A stretch of 64,000 nucleotides of DNA from NCBI GenBank assembly GCA_001831095.1, contig MIDP01000005.1, forward strand, positions 30,514-94,513, written 5' to 3'. Both the position numbers and the translations under genes were made by a program. The notes beneath the pieces were generated by a model. It made no database searches, was not told where the DNA came from, and saw only the letters and a list, made by a program, of their open reading frames with translations. The stretch is from Verrucomicrobia bacterium GWF2_51_19 (GTDB taxonomy: Bacteria > Verrucomicrobiota > Verrucomicrobiia > Opitutales > UBA12508). Below, piece after piece: positions 18,264 through 28,465 of this stretch. Position 1 is the first letter of the stretch. Every line of letters starts with the position of its first letter.

Positions 18264-18378
18264 TGTGATGTTTTTCTAGAAAATGATCTTAAAGTGGCTG
18301 AAAGGTAGGGCATCTCTTCTATTTTGCAAGAAAAAAATGCACTGTATTGCGAAATAGGGAAATACGCAGTATTTTTTA

Positions 18379-18400
18379 AAGACCATTTTGCAGCGGCCTT
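18379..18400 (+). repeat. Type-B micro form (the two termini fused, 22 bp)
   Basis: AAGACCATTTTGCAGCGGCCTT is the left AAGACC joined directly to the right terminus ATTTTGCAGCGGTCTT. Confidence 0.55.
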
Positions 18401-18424
18401 TATTTTTTTATGGTATTTATTCGT

Positions 18425-18552
18425 AAAGACCTATGATAAATGTCGTAAAAGTTTGGCTTTGCGCGAGCACGATCTGCCGTAGCGTACGATGGTACGTGAG
18501 GCAGTCGCGCGGAGCGAAAAACAAGCTTTCACGGCATTTTGCATAGGTCTTT
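18425..18552 (+). repeat. Type-A element, full length (128 bp)
   Basis: TAAAGACCTATGATAAATGTCGTAAAAGTTTGGCTTTGCGCGAGCACGATCTGCCGTAGCGTACGATGGTACGTGAGGCAGTCGCGCGGAGCGAAAAACAAGCTTTCACGGCATTTTGCATAGGTCTTTA. Confidence 0.9.
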
Positions 18553-18583
18553 AAAGTTTTTCCCGCAACTGGACACCCATTAA

Positions 18584-21500
18584 TTACTCCTGTTGTCCCT
18601 CCACGGTTACTGGAGCTGGCTCAGCGATTTCGGTAAAGCCACCCTTGCCGTCGGAGAAGTTGAGCTTCACGTGGCGATAGGTCGACAATCCGGTACCGGC
18701 GGGAATGAGGCGGCCCATGATGACGTTTTCCTTAAAGCCCGTGAGTTTATCGACTTTGCCGAGCGTAGCGGCCTCAGTGAGGACACGGGTAGTCTCTTGG
18801 AAGGAGGCAGCCGAGATAAAGCTTTCCGTTTCCAGAGAAGCTTTGGTGATGCCCAATAGTATAGGTTCACCTTCAGCGGCCTTACCACCTGCCTCGACGA
18901 TACGCTGATTTTCTTCAATAAAGGCGTTGCGATCGATCTGTTCGCCCCAGAAGAAGTCGGTATCACCGGGGTCGGTGACGCGGACCTTGCGCAGCATGCG
19001 GGAGACGATGACCTCGATATGTTTGTCGTTGATGACGACGCCTTGGAGGCGGTAAACCTTTTGAATTTCCGATATCAGGTATTCCTGGACGGCATTGGGG
19101 CCGAGAATATCGAGAATTTCGTGTGGGTCAGCGGCTCCTTCGGTGAGGTTTTGTCCTTTGACGACGAAGTCTCCGGGGTGGACAATGATATGTTTGCCGT
19201 GCGGAATGAGGTGTTCTTCGTGGTCGCCGGTTTCGGAATCGGTGACGACGAGGCGTTTTTTGCCGCGGATGGAGCCAGTCAGAGAGACGATACCGTCAAT
19301 ACGGGCCATTTCAGCGGAATCCTTGGGGCGGCGGGCCTCAAAGAGTTCTGCAACGCGTGGCAGACCGCCGGTGATGTCCTGTGTCTTGGAGGCCGAACGC
19401 GGTGTTTTTGCCAACAGACCGCCGGCAAAGACCTCGTCCTTCTCGTTGACGACCACCTGGGCGCCTGTCGGAATCGAGTAGGTTGCTAGGACCTTACCTG
19501 GCTCCTCGGACTTCTTCCCGGCAAGGATTTCGATCATCGGGTTGAGGTCTTCCTTGTGCTCGACGACAACCGTTGCAATACGACCCGTGGAGTCGTCCAT
19601 CTCGCGCTTGACGGTGACACCCGCTATCATATCTTGGAAGCGAATCACACCTGTTTTTTCAGACAGAATCGGGATATTGTGGGGATCCCACATGGCGAGC
19701 AGTTCACTTTTTTTGATAGTGTCGCCATCTTCAACGGTCAACACGGACCCTGCGACGACTTTAAAGGACTCCAATTCGCGATCTTCGCTGTCCACGACAA
19801 AGACAACACCGGTCTTATTGAGAACGATATTGGCACCGTCGGCCGTCTTGACGAGGCGGAGGCCCTTAAAATGAACCTTGCCGGAGTGGCGGACGCGGAA
19901 TTCGGGTGATTTCAGGACCTGGCTGGCGACACCACCGACGTGGAACGTACGCATAGTCAGCTGCGTTCCAGGCTCACCGATGGACTGTGCTGCAATGATA
20001 CCAATCGAGGTACCGCGCTGAACAATCTTGTTGGTCGACGGGTCCATTCCGTAGGCTTTGGCGGAAATCTGGCTGCGCCGCATGTGGGTCAACGGAGACA
20101 TAATGCGCACGCGCTCGATGCCCAGGGCCTCGATTTTTTCAGCCATCTCAGGCGAAATCATCTCACCGGCCGACACGAGCACCTCTTCCGGGTTCAACGG
20201 ATTCCGGACATTTTCGCTGGAACAACGACCGATAATGCGTTCGGAGAGGCGAACGATTTCCTCATCACCCTCGTAAATGGACTGCTTCCAAACGCCGTCG
20301 CGGTTGCCATCGTCTTCGTCAGCGATGATCGAGTCCATTGCGACGTCGCACAATTTGCGCGTGAGGTAACCAGCGTCCGCCGTCTTGAGGGCGGTGTCGG
20401 CGAGACCTTTACGCGTTCCGTGCGTCGAAATGAAGTACTCTAAGACGGACAGACCTTCGCGGAAGGACGACAGAATCGGACGCTCGATGATTTCACCCGA
20501 CGGCGTCGACATCAGACCGCGCGCTCCGCAGAGCTGACGGACCTGTTGACGGTTACCGCGCGCACCCGAGTCCATCATGAGAAAGACAGAGTTGGCATTT
20601 TCAGAGCCGTTGTTTCCCTCGAGCCCCTTAAAGGCTGCCTTCGCGATTTCGTCGGTGGCACTCGTCCAAATATCGACGATCTTGTTGTAGCGCTCCCCGT
20701 GAGTGATAACACCTTTTTTGTACTGGTTCTCAATCTCTTCGAGCTTCTTGCGCGCACGGGCGACGATTTCAGGTTTCTCTGACGGAATGACCATGTCGCC
20801 GATCGAAATAGAGATACCGGCCGTCATGGCGCATTCGAAGCCCTTGGCCTTCAAACGGTCGAGTGTCTTGACGGCCTCCTCGCGGCTGACGACTTTGTAC
20901 ATCTGTAAAATCATCTCGCCGAGCTTGCTCTTCGCAACAGGCACGTTGACAAAGCCCACTTCTTTGGGCCAAAGGTTGTTGAAAATGACTCGGCCAACGG
21001 TCGTCCGAATGACCTTCTTCTTGCCGTTTCCAAAAACCGTCTCGCGACCGAAATCCGGGTTAACAAAGTCAATGACGTCGTGTTTTTTGAGGACTTGTTC
21101 GGCATCGGCGAAGAGCACTTCTTGAACAGAAGCCAAGAGCGGCACCCTTTTCGGCGTCGTCTTGGGCTCGAGTGTCAAATAATAGATGCCCAACACAATG
21201 TCCTGTGACGGCGTCAACACCGGTTTTCCACTCGATGGCGAAAAGATGTTGTTGGACGACATCATGAGCAACTTGCACTCCAAGATGGCCTCAGCCGACA
21301 GCGGCACGTGAACGGCCATTTGGTCACCGTCAAAGTCAGCGTTGAAGGCACCGCAAACCAATGGGTGCAGACGAATCGCGTCACCCTCGATTAGGACAGG
21401 CTCAAAGGCCTGAATCGAGAGACGGTGCAAGGTCGGCGCACGGTTCAACATTACCGGGTGTCCCTTGGTCACCTCTTCCAAAATGTCCCAAACTTCGGGC

Positions 21501-22720
21501 GAGCGGTTTTCAATCATCTTGCGCGCACCGCGGACGGTGTGGACAAAACCCAGCTGCTTCAGGCGACGGATGATGAACGGCTCGAACAGCACGAGCGCCA
21601 TCTTCTTCGGCAATCCGCACTGATGGAGCTCCAATTCAGGCCCAATGACGATGACGGAACGGCCGCTGTAGTCGACGCGTTTGCCTAAGAGATTTTGACG
21701 GAAACGGCCCTGCTTGCCCTTGAGCATGTCGCTCAGAGACTTCAGCGGACGGTTGCCGGCTCCCGTAACGGCGCGTCCATGACGTCCGTTGTCGAAGAGC
21801 GCGTCGACCGCCTCTTGCAACATTCGCTTTTCGTTGTGAATGATAACATCCGGCGTCTTGAGCTGTAAGAGGTTCTTGAGGCGGTTGTTGCGATTGATGA
21901 CGCGGCGGTAGAGGTCATTGAGGTCGCTGGTTGCGAAACGTCCACCCTCGAGCGGAACGAGAGGACGCAAGTCTGGCGGAATGATTGGTATCGCTTCCAG
22001 AACCATCCACTCTGGACGCGTATTTGAGTGTAAAAAGCCGCTGAAAATCTTGATGCGTTTTGCCAGTTTCTTCTTAATTTGCTTGGAGCGCGTCACGTGC
22101 ATCTGCTCTTGCAGGTCGGCAACGATCGCCGATAAGTCGATCTTGGCCAATATCTTGCGGAGAGCCTCGGCACCCATTTTTGCCTCAAAAGCATCCTCTC
22201 CGTACTCGTCTTGAGCCTGCATGAACGCTTGCTCCGTGAGCAACTGCTTCTCTTCTAACGGCGTCTTTCCTTGGTCTATGACGAGGTAATTTTCGTAATA
22301 GATGACCTTTTCGAGATCTTTGGCCGTCATGTCGAGGAGCAGGCCAAGGCGACTCGGCATGCTCTTGAGGAACCAAATGTGCGAAACTGGAACGGCGAGG
22401 TCGATGTGGCCCATGTTTTCGCGACGCACGCGGGAAACGGTCACCTCGACGCCGCAACGATCGCAGACAACGCCCTTGTACTTGATTCGCTTGTACTTGC
22501 CACAAGCGCACTCGTAGTCGCGAACTGGGCCAAAAATGCGTTGGCAGAAAAGACCCCCTGGCTCCGGCTTGAAGGTACGGTAATTGATCGTCTCGGGGTT
22601 TTTGACTTCACCCTTTGACCAGGAACGAACTACGTCTGAAGACGCTATCGCAATGCCGACGCTGTCAAAAGTCTCTTGGCTTTCAAACCCGAGAATGTTT
22701 CTGATTTCTTCTGTACTCAT
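18584..22720 (-). CDS. rpoC: RNA polymerase beta' subunit
   Basis: ORF 18584..22759 trimmed to M14 ([12 protein letters not shown]...), which has AAAGAGGAG upstream. The longer start lies in a degenerate repeat. NADFDGD catalytic motif and zinc-binding CxCGK...CxxC present. Confidence 0.95.
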   Translation of the reverse strand: MSTEEIRNILGFESQETFDSVGIAIASSDVVRSWSKGEVKNPETINYRTFKPEPGGLFCQRIFGPVRDYECACGKYKRIKYKGVVCDRCGVEVTVSRVRRENMGHIDLAVPVSHIWFLKSMPSRLGLLLDMTAKDLEKVIYYENYLVIDQGKTPLEEKQLLTEQAFMQAQDEYGEDAFEAKMGAEALRKILAKIDLSAIVADLQEQMHVTRSKQIKKKLAKRIKIFSGFLHSNTRPEWMVLEAIPIIPPDLRPLVPLEGGRFATSDLNDLYRRVINRNNRLKNLLQLKTPDVIIHNEKRMLQEAVDALFDNGRHGRAVTGAGNRPLKSLSDMLKGKQGRFRQNLLGKRVDYSGRSVIVIGPELELHQCGLPKKMALVLFEPFIIRRLKQLGFVHTVRGARKMIENRSPEVWDILEEVTKGHPVMLNRAPTLHRLSIQAFEPVLIEGDAIRLHPLVCGAFNADFDGDQMAVHVPLSAEAILECKLLMMSSNNIFSPSSGKPVLTPSQDIVLGIYYLTLEPKTTPKRVPLLASVQEVLFADAEQVLKKHDVIDFVNPDFGRETVFGNGKKKVIRTTVGRVIFNNLWPKEVGFVNVPVAKSKLGEMILQMYKVVSREEAVKTLDRLKAKGFECAMTAGISISIGDMVIPSEKPEIVARARKKLEEIENQYKKGVITHGERYNKIVDIWTSATDEIAKAAFKGLEGNNGSENANSVFLMMDSGARGNRQQVRQLCGARGLMSTPSGEIIERPILSSFREGLSVLEYFISTHGTRKGLADTALKTADAGYLTRKLCDVAMDSIIADEDDGNRDGVWKQSIYEGDEEIVRLSERIIGRCSSENVRNPLNPEEVLVSAGEMISPEMAEKIEALGIERVRIMSPLTHMRRSQISAKAYGMDPSTNKIVQRGTSIGIIAAQSIGEPGTQLTMRTFHVGGVASQVLKSPEFRVRHSGKVHFKGLRLVKTADGANIVLNKTGVVFVVDSEDRELESFKVVAGSVLTVEDGDTIKKSELLAMWDPHNIPILSEKTGVIRFQDMIAGVTVKREMDDSTGRIATVVVEHKEDLNPMIEILAGKKSEEPGKVLATYSIPTGAQVVVNEKDEVFAGGLLAKTPRSASKTQDITGGLPRVAELFEARRPKDSAEMARIDGIVSLTGSIRGKKRLVVTDSETGDHEEHLIPHGKHIIVHPGDFVVKGQNLTEGAADPHEILDILGPNAVQEYLISEIQKVYRLQGVVINDKHIEVIVSRMLRKVRVTDPGDTDFFWGEQIDRNAFIEENQRIVEAGGKAAEGEPILLGITKASLETESFISAASFQETTRVLTEAATLGKVDKLTGFKENVIMGRLIPAGTGLSTYRHVKLNFSDGKGGFTEIAEPAPVTVEGQQE

Positions 22721-22733
22721 TGTGCTCCTCTTT

Positions 22734-22803
22734 AGAGACCATTGATAAATGCCCGCCAACTTCTCCTCTTATTTGTCTTGGCTGCTCATCCATCAACAGT
22801 CTC
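22734..22803 (+). repeat. Type-B short form, degenerate (70 bp)
   Basis: The termini AGAGACCATTGATAAATG and CATCCATCAACAGTCTC match as inverted repeats at 13 of 17 positions. Lies 13 nt from the rpoC ATG. Confidence 0.55.
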
Positions 22804-22836
22804 ACTATTTAATAAATGTGTAAATTATTGACGTAT

Positions 22837-22964
22837 AAAGACCAATGAAAAATGCCGTCAAAGCTTGGCTTTGCGCGAGCACGATCTGCCGTAGCGTACG
22901 ATGGTACGTAAGGCAGTCGCGCGGAGCGAAAAACGAGCTTTCACTGCATTTTGCATAGGTCTTT
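22837..22964 (+). repeat. Type-A element, full length (128 bp)
   Basis: TAAAGACCAATGAAAAATGCCGTCAAAGCTTGGCTTTGCGCGAGCACGATCTGCCGTAGCGTACGATGGTACGTAAGGCAGTCGCGCGGAGCGAAAAACGAGCTTTCACTGCATTTTGCATAGGTCTTTA. The terminal TTA is the rpoB stop codon. Confidence 0.9.
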
Positions 22965-25900
22965 ATTTTTGCGCGAAATTCAATGTTTCCTCTGTGCCCA
23001 AACGGACATCCAGACACAAGCTCTGCATTTCCTTCATCAGAACGTTGAAGGACTGCGGTGTGCCCGCCGACAGTGAATTGTCGCCCTTGACGAGTGATTC
23101 GTACATCTTGGTACGGCCCTGTATGTCGTCCGACTTGACCGTTAGGAGTTCTTGAAGAGTATAGGCGGCTCCATAAGCTTCGAGTGCCCACACTTCCATT
23201 TCTCCGAAACGCTGACCGCCGTACTGCGCTTTACCACCCAAGGGTTGTTGGGTGATCAAGCTGTACGGGCCGACAGCACGGGCGTGGATCTTGTTGGCTA
23301 CGAGGTGGTTAAGCTTCATCATATAGATGTAACCCACCATGACCTCTTGATCCATTGCGTTGCCAGTGCGGCCGTCGTAGAGGACAGTCTTGCCGCTCTC
23401 TGGCAGGCTCGCCTTTTTCAGGTATTGACGGATTTCGTTTTCGCTGATGCCGTCAAAAATCGGTGTAGCGACCTTGATGCCTAGCTTTTTACAGGCCCAA
23501 CCCAGGTGTGTTTCCAAAACCTGGCCAACGTTCATGCGGCTCGGAACGCCCAATGGGTTCAAAACAACGTCTACAGGCGTGCCATCCGGGAGGAAGGGCA
23601 TGTCTTGCATCGGAACGATTTTTGAGATAACACCCTTGTTTCCGTGGCGGCCCGCCATCTTGTCGCCAACTTGAATCTTGCGCTTGATCGCGATGTAGAC
23701 CTTGACGTTCTTCATCACGCCCTGTTCGTCCCCTTCTCCGGTCTGGACGATGCGCAATTGAGCCTCGTAATCCGCCTCAATCTCTTCAAAGCGCTTCATG
23801 TAGCTCTGAAGGATTTCCATAATCTTGACGCGGACAGGCGAATGCTCCATGTCGATCGCCGCCGGAACAGAAGCCATGCGACGCAACAGGGTCTTTGTGA
23901 TCTTCCGATTGGCCGGAATGATGACCTCACCCGTCTCCTTGTTGACGACGTCTAACGGAATCTTTTCACCCAACAGAATATTGGAGAGGGACTCCGTCAG
24001 TTCTTCGCGCAACTTGTCGCTGTGCGAGCGGAACTCTTCGTTGATCTTCTTGATCTGACGGCGACGATCAGCGGGCTCGACTCCTGCCGACTCTTTATCG
24101 GCGCGGCTCGAGACCTTGACGTCCATAACGATGCCGTAGCAGCCAGAAGGAACGATGAGTGACGTGTCTTTGACGTCAGCAGCCTTTTCACCGAAGATCG
24201 CTCTGAGGAGTTTCTCTTCTGGGGCCAGTTCCGTCTCGCTCTTTGGCGTGATTTTACCGACCAAGATATCGCCTGGCTTGACCTCTGCACCCAACTTGAT
24301 AACGCCGTTGCGGTCCAAGTTTTTGAGCGCCTCTTCGCCGACATTGGGGATGTCACGGGTGATTTCTTCCGCGCCCAATTTGGTGTCGCGGGCCGTCACC
24401 TCAAATTCTTCAATGTGGACCGAGGTGAAAACGTCCTCTTTAATGAGCCGTTCGCTCAGCAAAATGGCGTCTTCGAAGTTGTAACCGTTCCATGGCATAA
24501 ACGCCACGAGGACGTTGCGACCCAGCGCCAATTCCCCGTTTTCACTGCTGGCGCCGTCTGCGAGCGTGTCGCCCTTCTTGATGGCTTGCCCCTTTTGGAC
24601 GATCGGGTGCTGATTGAAGCAGGTGGCCGCATTGGAACGCATGAACTTGCGCAACTCGTACAGATAGACGCCTTTTTTGTCGTCCGTCTTTGGATTGCTA
24701 TCAAAGCGCTGCGGCATTTTGCCATCCTTCGTGATGACGATGCGATTCGCGTCGACCGAAGCAACAACGCCATCGGCATCGGCAACGATCGTGTTTTTCG
24801 AGTCGCGGGCAACGATGTACTCAAGTCCTGTACCGACAAAGGGCGCCTCTACTTTGAGAAGCGGCACGCCTTGACGTTGCATGTTCGATCCCATGAGGGC
24901 GCGGCTGGCGTCGTCGTGCTCAAGGAACGGAATCAGGCCTGCGGCGACCGATACCAACTGTTTTGGCGAAACGTCGATCAGCGTCACTTCACTCGGCTCA
25001 ACTTCGGCGACGTCCTCGCGGCCACGACGCACGGTAACGGGCCCTACGAGCTCGTTGTTCTTGCGAAGGGCTGAATTGGCCTGCGCGATGACATGACCCT
25101 CTTCTGCGTCAGCGCCCAAGTAAACAATTTCATCGGTGACCTTGCCTTCTTTAACGACACGGTACGGCGTCTCGATGAAGCCAAACTCGTTGACGCGGGC
25201 CAAGGTCGAAAGGGAGTTGATGAGACCGATGTTCGGACCTTCAGGCGTCTCAATCGGACAAATGCGTCCATAATGAGAGGGGTGAACGTCGCGGACTTCA
25301 AAGCCGGCGCGGTCACGATTCAAGCCACCCGGTCCGAGCGCGGACAGACGGCGCTTGTGCGTCACTTCTGCGAGCGGATTGATCTGGTCCATGAACTGCG
25401 ACAGCTGACTGCGGGCAAAGAAATCCCGAATCGATGTGCTCAAGGCCTTGGGGTTGACCAACTTTTGCGGCGCAATCATGTCTACGCTCTGATCGTAGAG
25501 CGTCATGCGTTCGCGGACCAAACGCTCGGTTCGAGCTAAGCCCAAACGGCATTGATTGGCCAACAATTCGCCGACCGTACGGACGCGACGGCTGCCTAAA
25601 TGGTCAATGTCGTCGATAAAGCCTTCGCCGCGGCGCAGAGAACCTAAGTAGCGGACCGCGTCAATGACGTCTTCCGCGTCCAACAAACGATGCTCGATGT
25701 CTACCGTCCGCTTCAGGCGCTGATTGAGCTTGTAACGACCGACACGGCCCAAGTCGTAGCGCTTGGGATCCGCAAAGAGACGGCGCAATAGCGATTTCGC
25801 GTTGGAAACAGTCGGTGGCTCTCCGGGACGCAAACGTTTGTAAACCTCTCGAAGCGCCTCTTCTTCGTTGCGCGTCGGGTCCTTTTTCAAACTGCGAATG

Positions 25901-26745
25901 ATGGCACCGTCGTCCTGAGACGCGTCTAAAATCTTGATCTTGTCGATGTTGCACTTCTCGAACGAGCGCAATAACGTGCCCGTTAAAGGATCAAAGGAAC
26001 GCGCCAAGACCTTGCCCTGACTGGCATCGATGATGTCTTCAGCCAACACGAGGTGCGAGAGCTCTTTTTTCACCAAGAGACTCTTCACTTTTGTGCTCTT
26101 GATCTCGTAAAATAACTTTAAAATATCTTCATCGGCACCATAACCAAGCGCACGCAAGAACGTGGTAATTAAAAACTTGCGACGGCGACGGCGACGATCT
26201 AGGTAAACGTAAAGCAGGTCGTTTTGGTCAAATTGGACCTCCACCCACGTTCCGCGGTCTGGAATGATGCGAAACGCGTATAGCATCTTTCCACTCGCGT
26301 GCGGCATCTCCTCAAAACAAATGCCTGGAGAGCGGTGTAATTGGCTGACGACCACACGCTCGGCTCCATTGACGATAAATGAACCCTTTTCGGTCATCAG
26401 GGGCAACTCGCCCATGTAAATTTCTTCCTCCTGGATCCCCTCGCCTTCTTTTAAACGAAGCGTCACGTACAATGAGGCGGCGTAGGTCACGCCCTCCCTC
26501 AAACACGCGACTTCGCTGAGCTTTAACTCGCCCATTCGGTACGACATGTACTCCAAAGAGCAATGATTATCGTAGCTCTCTATCGGGAAAACCTCTCGGA
26601 ATACGGCCTCTAGACCTATCGCAGCCCGCTTTTCTGGACTCGCGTCTTTTTGTAAAAAGTCCCGAAAGGAGTCTATTTGCGTTTCAATTAAGTTTGGAGG
26701 TGTTATGGCCTCCTTGATTTTTCCACAATGAATGCGCTCTGACAT
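22963..26745 (-). CDS. rpoB: RNA polymerase beta subunit
   Basis: 1260 aa with conserved beta blocks (GPGGLNRDRAGFEVRDVHPSHYGRICPIETPEGPNIGLI, GRHGNKGV, GGQRFGEMEVWALEAYGAA). Confidence 0.95.
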   Translation of the reverse strand: MSERIHCGKIKEAITPPNLIETQIDSFRDFLQKDASPEKRAAIGLEAVFREVFPIESYDNHCSLEYMSYRMGELKLSEVACLREGVTYAASLYVTLRLKEGEGIQEEEIYMGELPLMTEKGSFIVNGAERVVVSQLHRSPGICFEEMPHASGKMLYAFRIIPDRGTWVEVQFDQNDLLYVYLDRRRRRRKFLITTFLRALGYGADEDILKLFYEIKSTKVKSLLVKKELSHLVLAEDIIDASQGKVLARSFDPLTGTLLRSFEKCNIDKIKILDASQDDGAIIRSLKKDPTRNEEEALREVYKRLRPGEPPTVSNAKSLLRRLFADPKRYDLGRVGRYKLNQRLKRTVDIEHRLLDAEDVIDAVRYLGSLRRGEGFIDDIDHLGSRRVRTVGELLANQCRLGLARTERLVRERMTLYDQSVDMIAPQKLVNPKALSTSIRDFFARSQLSQFMDQINPLAEVTHKRRLSALGPGGLNRDRAGFEVRDVHPSHYGRICPIETPEGPNIGLINSLSTLARVNEFGFIETPYRVVKEGKVTDEIVYLGADAEEGHVIAQANSALRKNNELVGPVTVRRGREDVAEVEPSEVTLIDVSPKQLVSVAAGLIPFLEHDDASRALMGSNMQRQGVPLLKVEAPFVGTGLEYIVARDSKNTIVADADGVVASVDANRIVITKDGKMPQRFDSNPKTDDKKGVYLYELRKFMRSNAATCFNQHPIVQKGQAIKKGDTLADGASSENGELALGRNVLVAFMPWNGYNFEDAILLSERLIKEDVFTSVHIEEFEVTARDTKLGAEEITRDIPNVGEEALKNLDRNGVIKLGAEVKPGDILVGKITPKSETELAPEEKLLRAIFGEKAADVKDTSLIVPSGCYGIVMDVKVSSRADKESAGVEPADRRRQIKKINEEFRSHSDKLREELTESLSNILLGEKIPLDVVNKETGEVIIPANRKITKTLLRRMASVPAAIDMEHSPVRVKIMEILQSYMKRFEEIEADYEAQLRIVQTGEGDEQGVMKNVKVYIAIKRKIQVGDKMAGRHGNKGVISKIVPMQDMPFLPDGTPVDVVLNPLGVPSRMNVGQVLETHLGWACKKLGIKVATPIFDGISENEIRQYLKKASLPESGKTVLYDGRTGNAMDQEVMVGYIYMMKLNHLVANKIHARAVGPYSLITQQPLGGKAQYGGQRFGEMEVWALEAYGAAYTLQELLTVKSDDIQGRTKMYESLVKGDNSLSAGTPQSFNVLMKEMQSLCLDVRLGTEETLNFAQK

Positions 26746-26827
26746 AGTGTAAAAGGATTGTTTTTAGATACACAGAATACCGATCGATGGAGACCGCTTT
26801 TCAGCGACATTTTCCATCGAACGGTAC

Positions 26828-26949
26828 AAGATCAATGCAAAATGGTCTATAGCGGCGTTCTCGTCGCTCTGGCTAAGTCACGTACCAACGTACGCTCCTG
26901 TCGCCCTCGCTCCTGCGGCCTTGCTCTAGATCCATTTTGCATCGATCTT
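26828..26949 (+). repeat. Type-B element, full length (122 bp)
   Basis: AAGATCAATGCAAAATGGTCTATAGCGGCGTTCTCGTCGCTCTGGCTAAGTCACGTACCAACGTACGCTCCTGTCGCCCTCGCTCCTGCGGCCTTGCTCTAGATCCATTTTGCATCGATCTT. Confidence 0.9.
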
Positions 26950-26971
26950 GGTACGCGTTTAGAAAACTGTA

Positions 26972-26991
26972 GAAGTCAATTATTTGACTTC
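26972..26991 (-). terminator. Hairpin between rplL and rpoB (candidate attenuator or terminator)
   Basis: GAAGTCAA-TTAT-TTGACTTC, an 8-bp perfect stem. On the transcribed strand it is followed by TACAGTTTTC. Its right arm repeats the rplL 3' end. Confidence 0.35.
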
Positions 26992-27026
26992 GAATAAAAG
27001 CTCAATTTCTAGAGTTAAACATCCGT

Positions 27027-27148
27027 AAGACCGCAGTAAAATGACTCTATAGCAAAGCCCGAGAAGTGAGGGCGACAGGAGCCTACTGACGTAGGTGACT
27101 TAGCCCGAACGACGAGAACGCCGCTATTGATCATTTTGCAAAGGTCTT
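27027..27148 (-). repeat. Type-B element, full length, inverted orientation
   Basis: AAGACCGCAGTAAAATGACTCTATAGCAAAGCCCGAGAAGTGAGGGCGACAGGAGCCTACTGACGTAGGTGACTTAGCCCGAACGACGAGAACGCCGCTATTGATCATTTTGCAAAGGTCTT. The central stem is CCTAC/GTAGG. Confidence 0.9.
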
Positions 27149-27159
27149 ATGTGTGTTTG

Positions 27160-27540
27160 TTATTTGACTTCGACTTTGGCACCAGCAGCCTCAAGCTTCT
27201 TTTTGATGTCTTGGGCTTCGTCCTTATTGACACCTTCTTTGATTGGCTTGGGTGCGCCTTCAACGACATCTTTGGCTTCTTTCAAACCGAGGCCCGTGAT
27301 GGCACGAACTTCTTTGATGACGTTGATCTTGTTGTCACCCGCGGCAGCGAGAATGACGGTAAATTCCGTCTGTTCTTCAACGGCAGCGGCAGCAGCGGCA
27401 ACGGGTGCAGCGGCCATAGCGGCGACGGGCGCAGCGGCGCTGACACCCCATTTGGCTTCTAGATCTTTGACCAAGCCCGCGATTTCCAACACGGATTGGC
27501 TACTCAACCACTCGATAACTTGTTCTTTTGTGATACTCAT
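27160..27540 (-). CDS. rplL: 50S ribosomal protein L7/L12
   Basis: 126 aa. Alanine-rich hinge and C-terminal KVIKEVR-like domain ([29 protein letters not shown]...[12 protein letters not shown]). Confidence 0.95.
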   Translation of the reverse strand: MSITKEQVIEWLSSQSVLEIAGLVKDLEAKWGVSAAAPVAAMAAAPVAAAAAAVEEQTEFTVILAAAGDNKINVIKEVRAITGLGLKEAKDVVEGAPKPIKEGVNKDEAQDIKKKLEAAGAKVEVK

Positions 27541-27657
27541 TTTTGTTATTTCCTTGAATAGTTAGCGTCCTTGCGGACATTTAAGGGAATACCCCTAACG
27601 AATTCTTCAGAAAACCTCGGAAACGGGGCCTCACCCCACTCCAAGATCATCTAAATT

Positions 27658-28164
27658 TTAAACTTCTGCATGCGCGTTCAAGACATTCAAGAGTCCCTGT
27701 GGAACACCTTGAAGGACGTACAGGACCTTCTGCGCGGGCGTATTGAGAAGACCCAAGAGCTGTGCGCGCAGCACTTCGAGCGATGGCAGCTTGGACAGCG
27801 CTTCGACATCTCCAGCGGAGAGTAGACGCTTTTCCAAGATTGCACCGCGCATCTCGAGCTTCTTTTTGTCCTTTGCAAACTGCATCAGCACTTTGGCGAC
27901 ACCTGAAGGGTTCGATCCACCCACGACAACCGCATTCTGCCCTTGAAGCAGGTTGCTCATGTCGGGGAAAGAGCGTTCCTTGGCCACCACATTGAAAATG
28001 CTGTTCTTGACGACGTGGTAGGTCGCCGATTCTGCCCGAAGCGCTTTCCTCAATTCGGCGACATCGGCTACCGTCATGCCTTTAAAATCGGCCAATATGA
28101 CGTAATTCGATGCATCCAAATAGGACGCGACTTCTTGCACTAAAAATTGCTTATCTTGTCTCAT
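27658..28164 (-). CDS. rplJ: 50S ribosomal protein L10
   Basis: 168 aa, in position between rplA and rplL. L10-like N-domain (VILADFKGMTVADVAELRKALR). Confidence 0.9.
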   Translation of the reverse strand: MRQDKQFLVQEVASYLDASNYVILADFKGMTVADVAELRKALRAESATYHVVKNSIFNVVAKERSFPDMSNLLQGQNAVVVGGSNPSGVAKVLMQFAKDKKKLEMRGAILEKRLLSAGDVEALSKLPSLEVLRAQLLGLLNTPAQKVLYVLQGVPQGLLNVLNAHAEV

Positions 28165-28179
28165 AAAACATTCTTTCCT

Positions 28180-28244
28180 AAGACCATTGTTCCCAACGTT
28201 TCATATCGCTCTTCGGGCCTTGTCTTCAAGTTTTCAATAGTCTT
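28180..28244 (+). repeat. Type-B short form (65 bp), degenerate
   Basis: AAGACCATTGTTCCCAACGTTTCATATCGCTCTTCGGGCCTTGTCTTCAAGTTTTCAATAGTCTT. Confidence 0.65.
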
Positions 28245-28273
28245 TGCCTTTTTAGTAAAAATATAAGTCCCTA

Positions 28274-28465
28274 TTAGACCTGTGAAAAATGGCGTCAAAG
28301 CTTGGCTTTGCGCGAGCATGACCTGCCGCAGCGGCAGGGCTGGCCCTGCACCCTTGGATACTTCGTATCCACTTTTAAAAGTGGATGCATGAGCCCTCCT
28401 AGTGGGTACGGTGGCCGTTGCCCCCGGCGCGAAACGAGCTTTCACGGCATTTTGCATAGGTCTAA
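28274..28465 (+). repeat. Type-A-long element (192 bp), second copy
   Basis: TTAGACCTGTGAAAAATGGCGTCAAAGCTTGGCTTTGCGCGAGCATGACCTGCCGCAGCG[module]CGCGAAACGAGCTTTCACGGCATTTTGCATAGGTCTAA. The CTA in the right terminus is the rplA TAG stop. Confidence 0.9.
28334..28427 (+). repeat. 94-bp multi-hairpin module, second copy (diverged)
   Basis: GCAGGGCTGGCCCTGCACCCTTGGATACTTCGTATCCACTTTTAAAAGTGGATGCATGAGCCCTCCTAGTGGGTACGGTGGCCGTTGCCCCCGG. It has the same length and stem order as 7613..7706, and the GGATAC/GTATCC loop changes from TGC to TTC. Confidence 0.85.
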
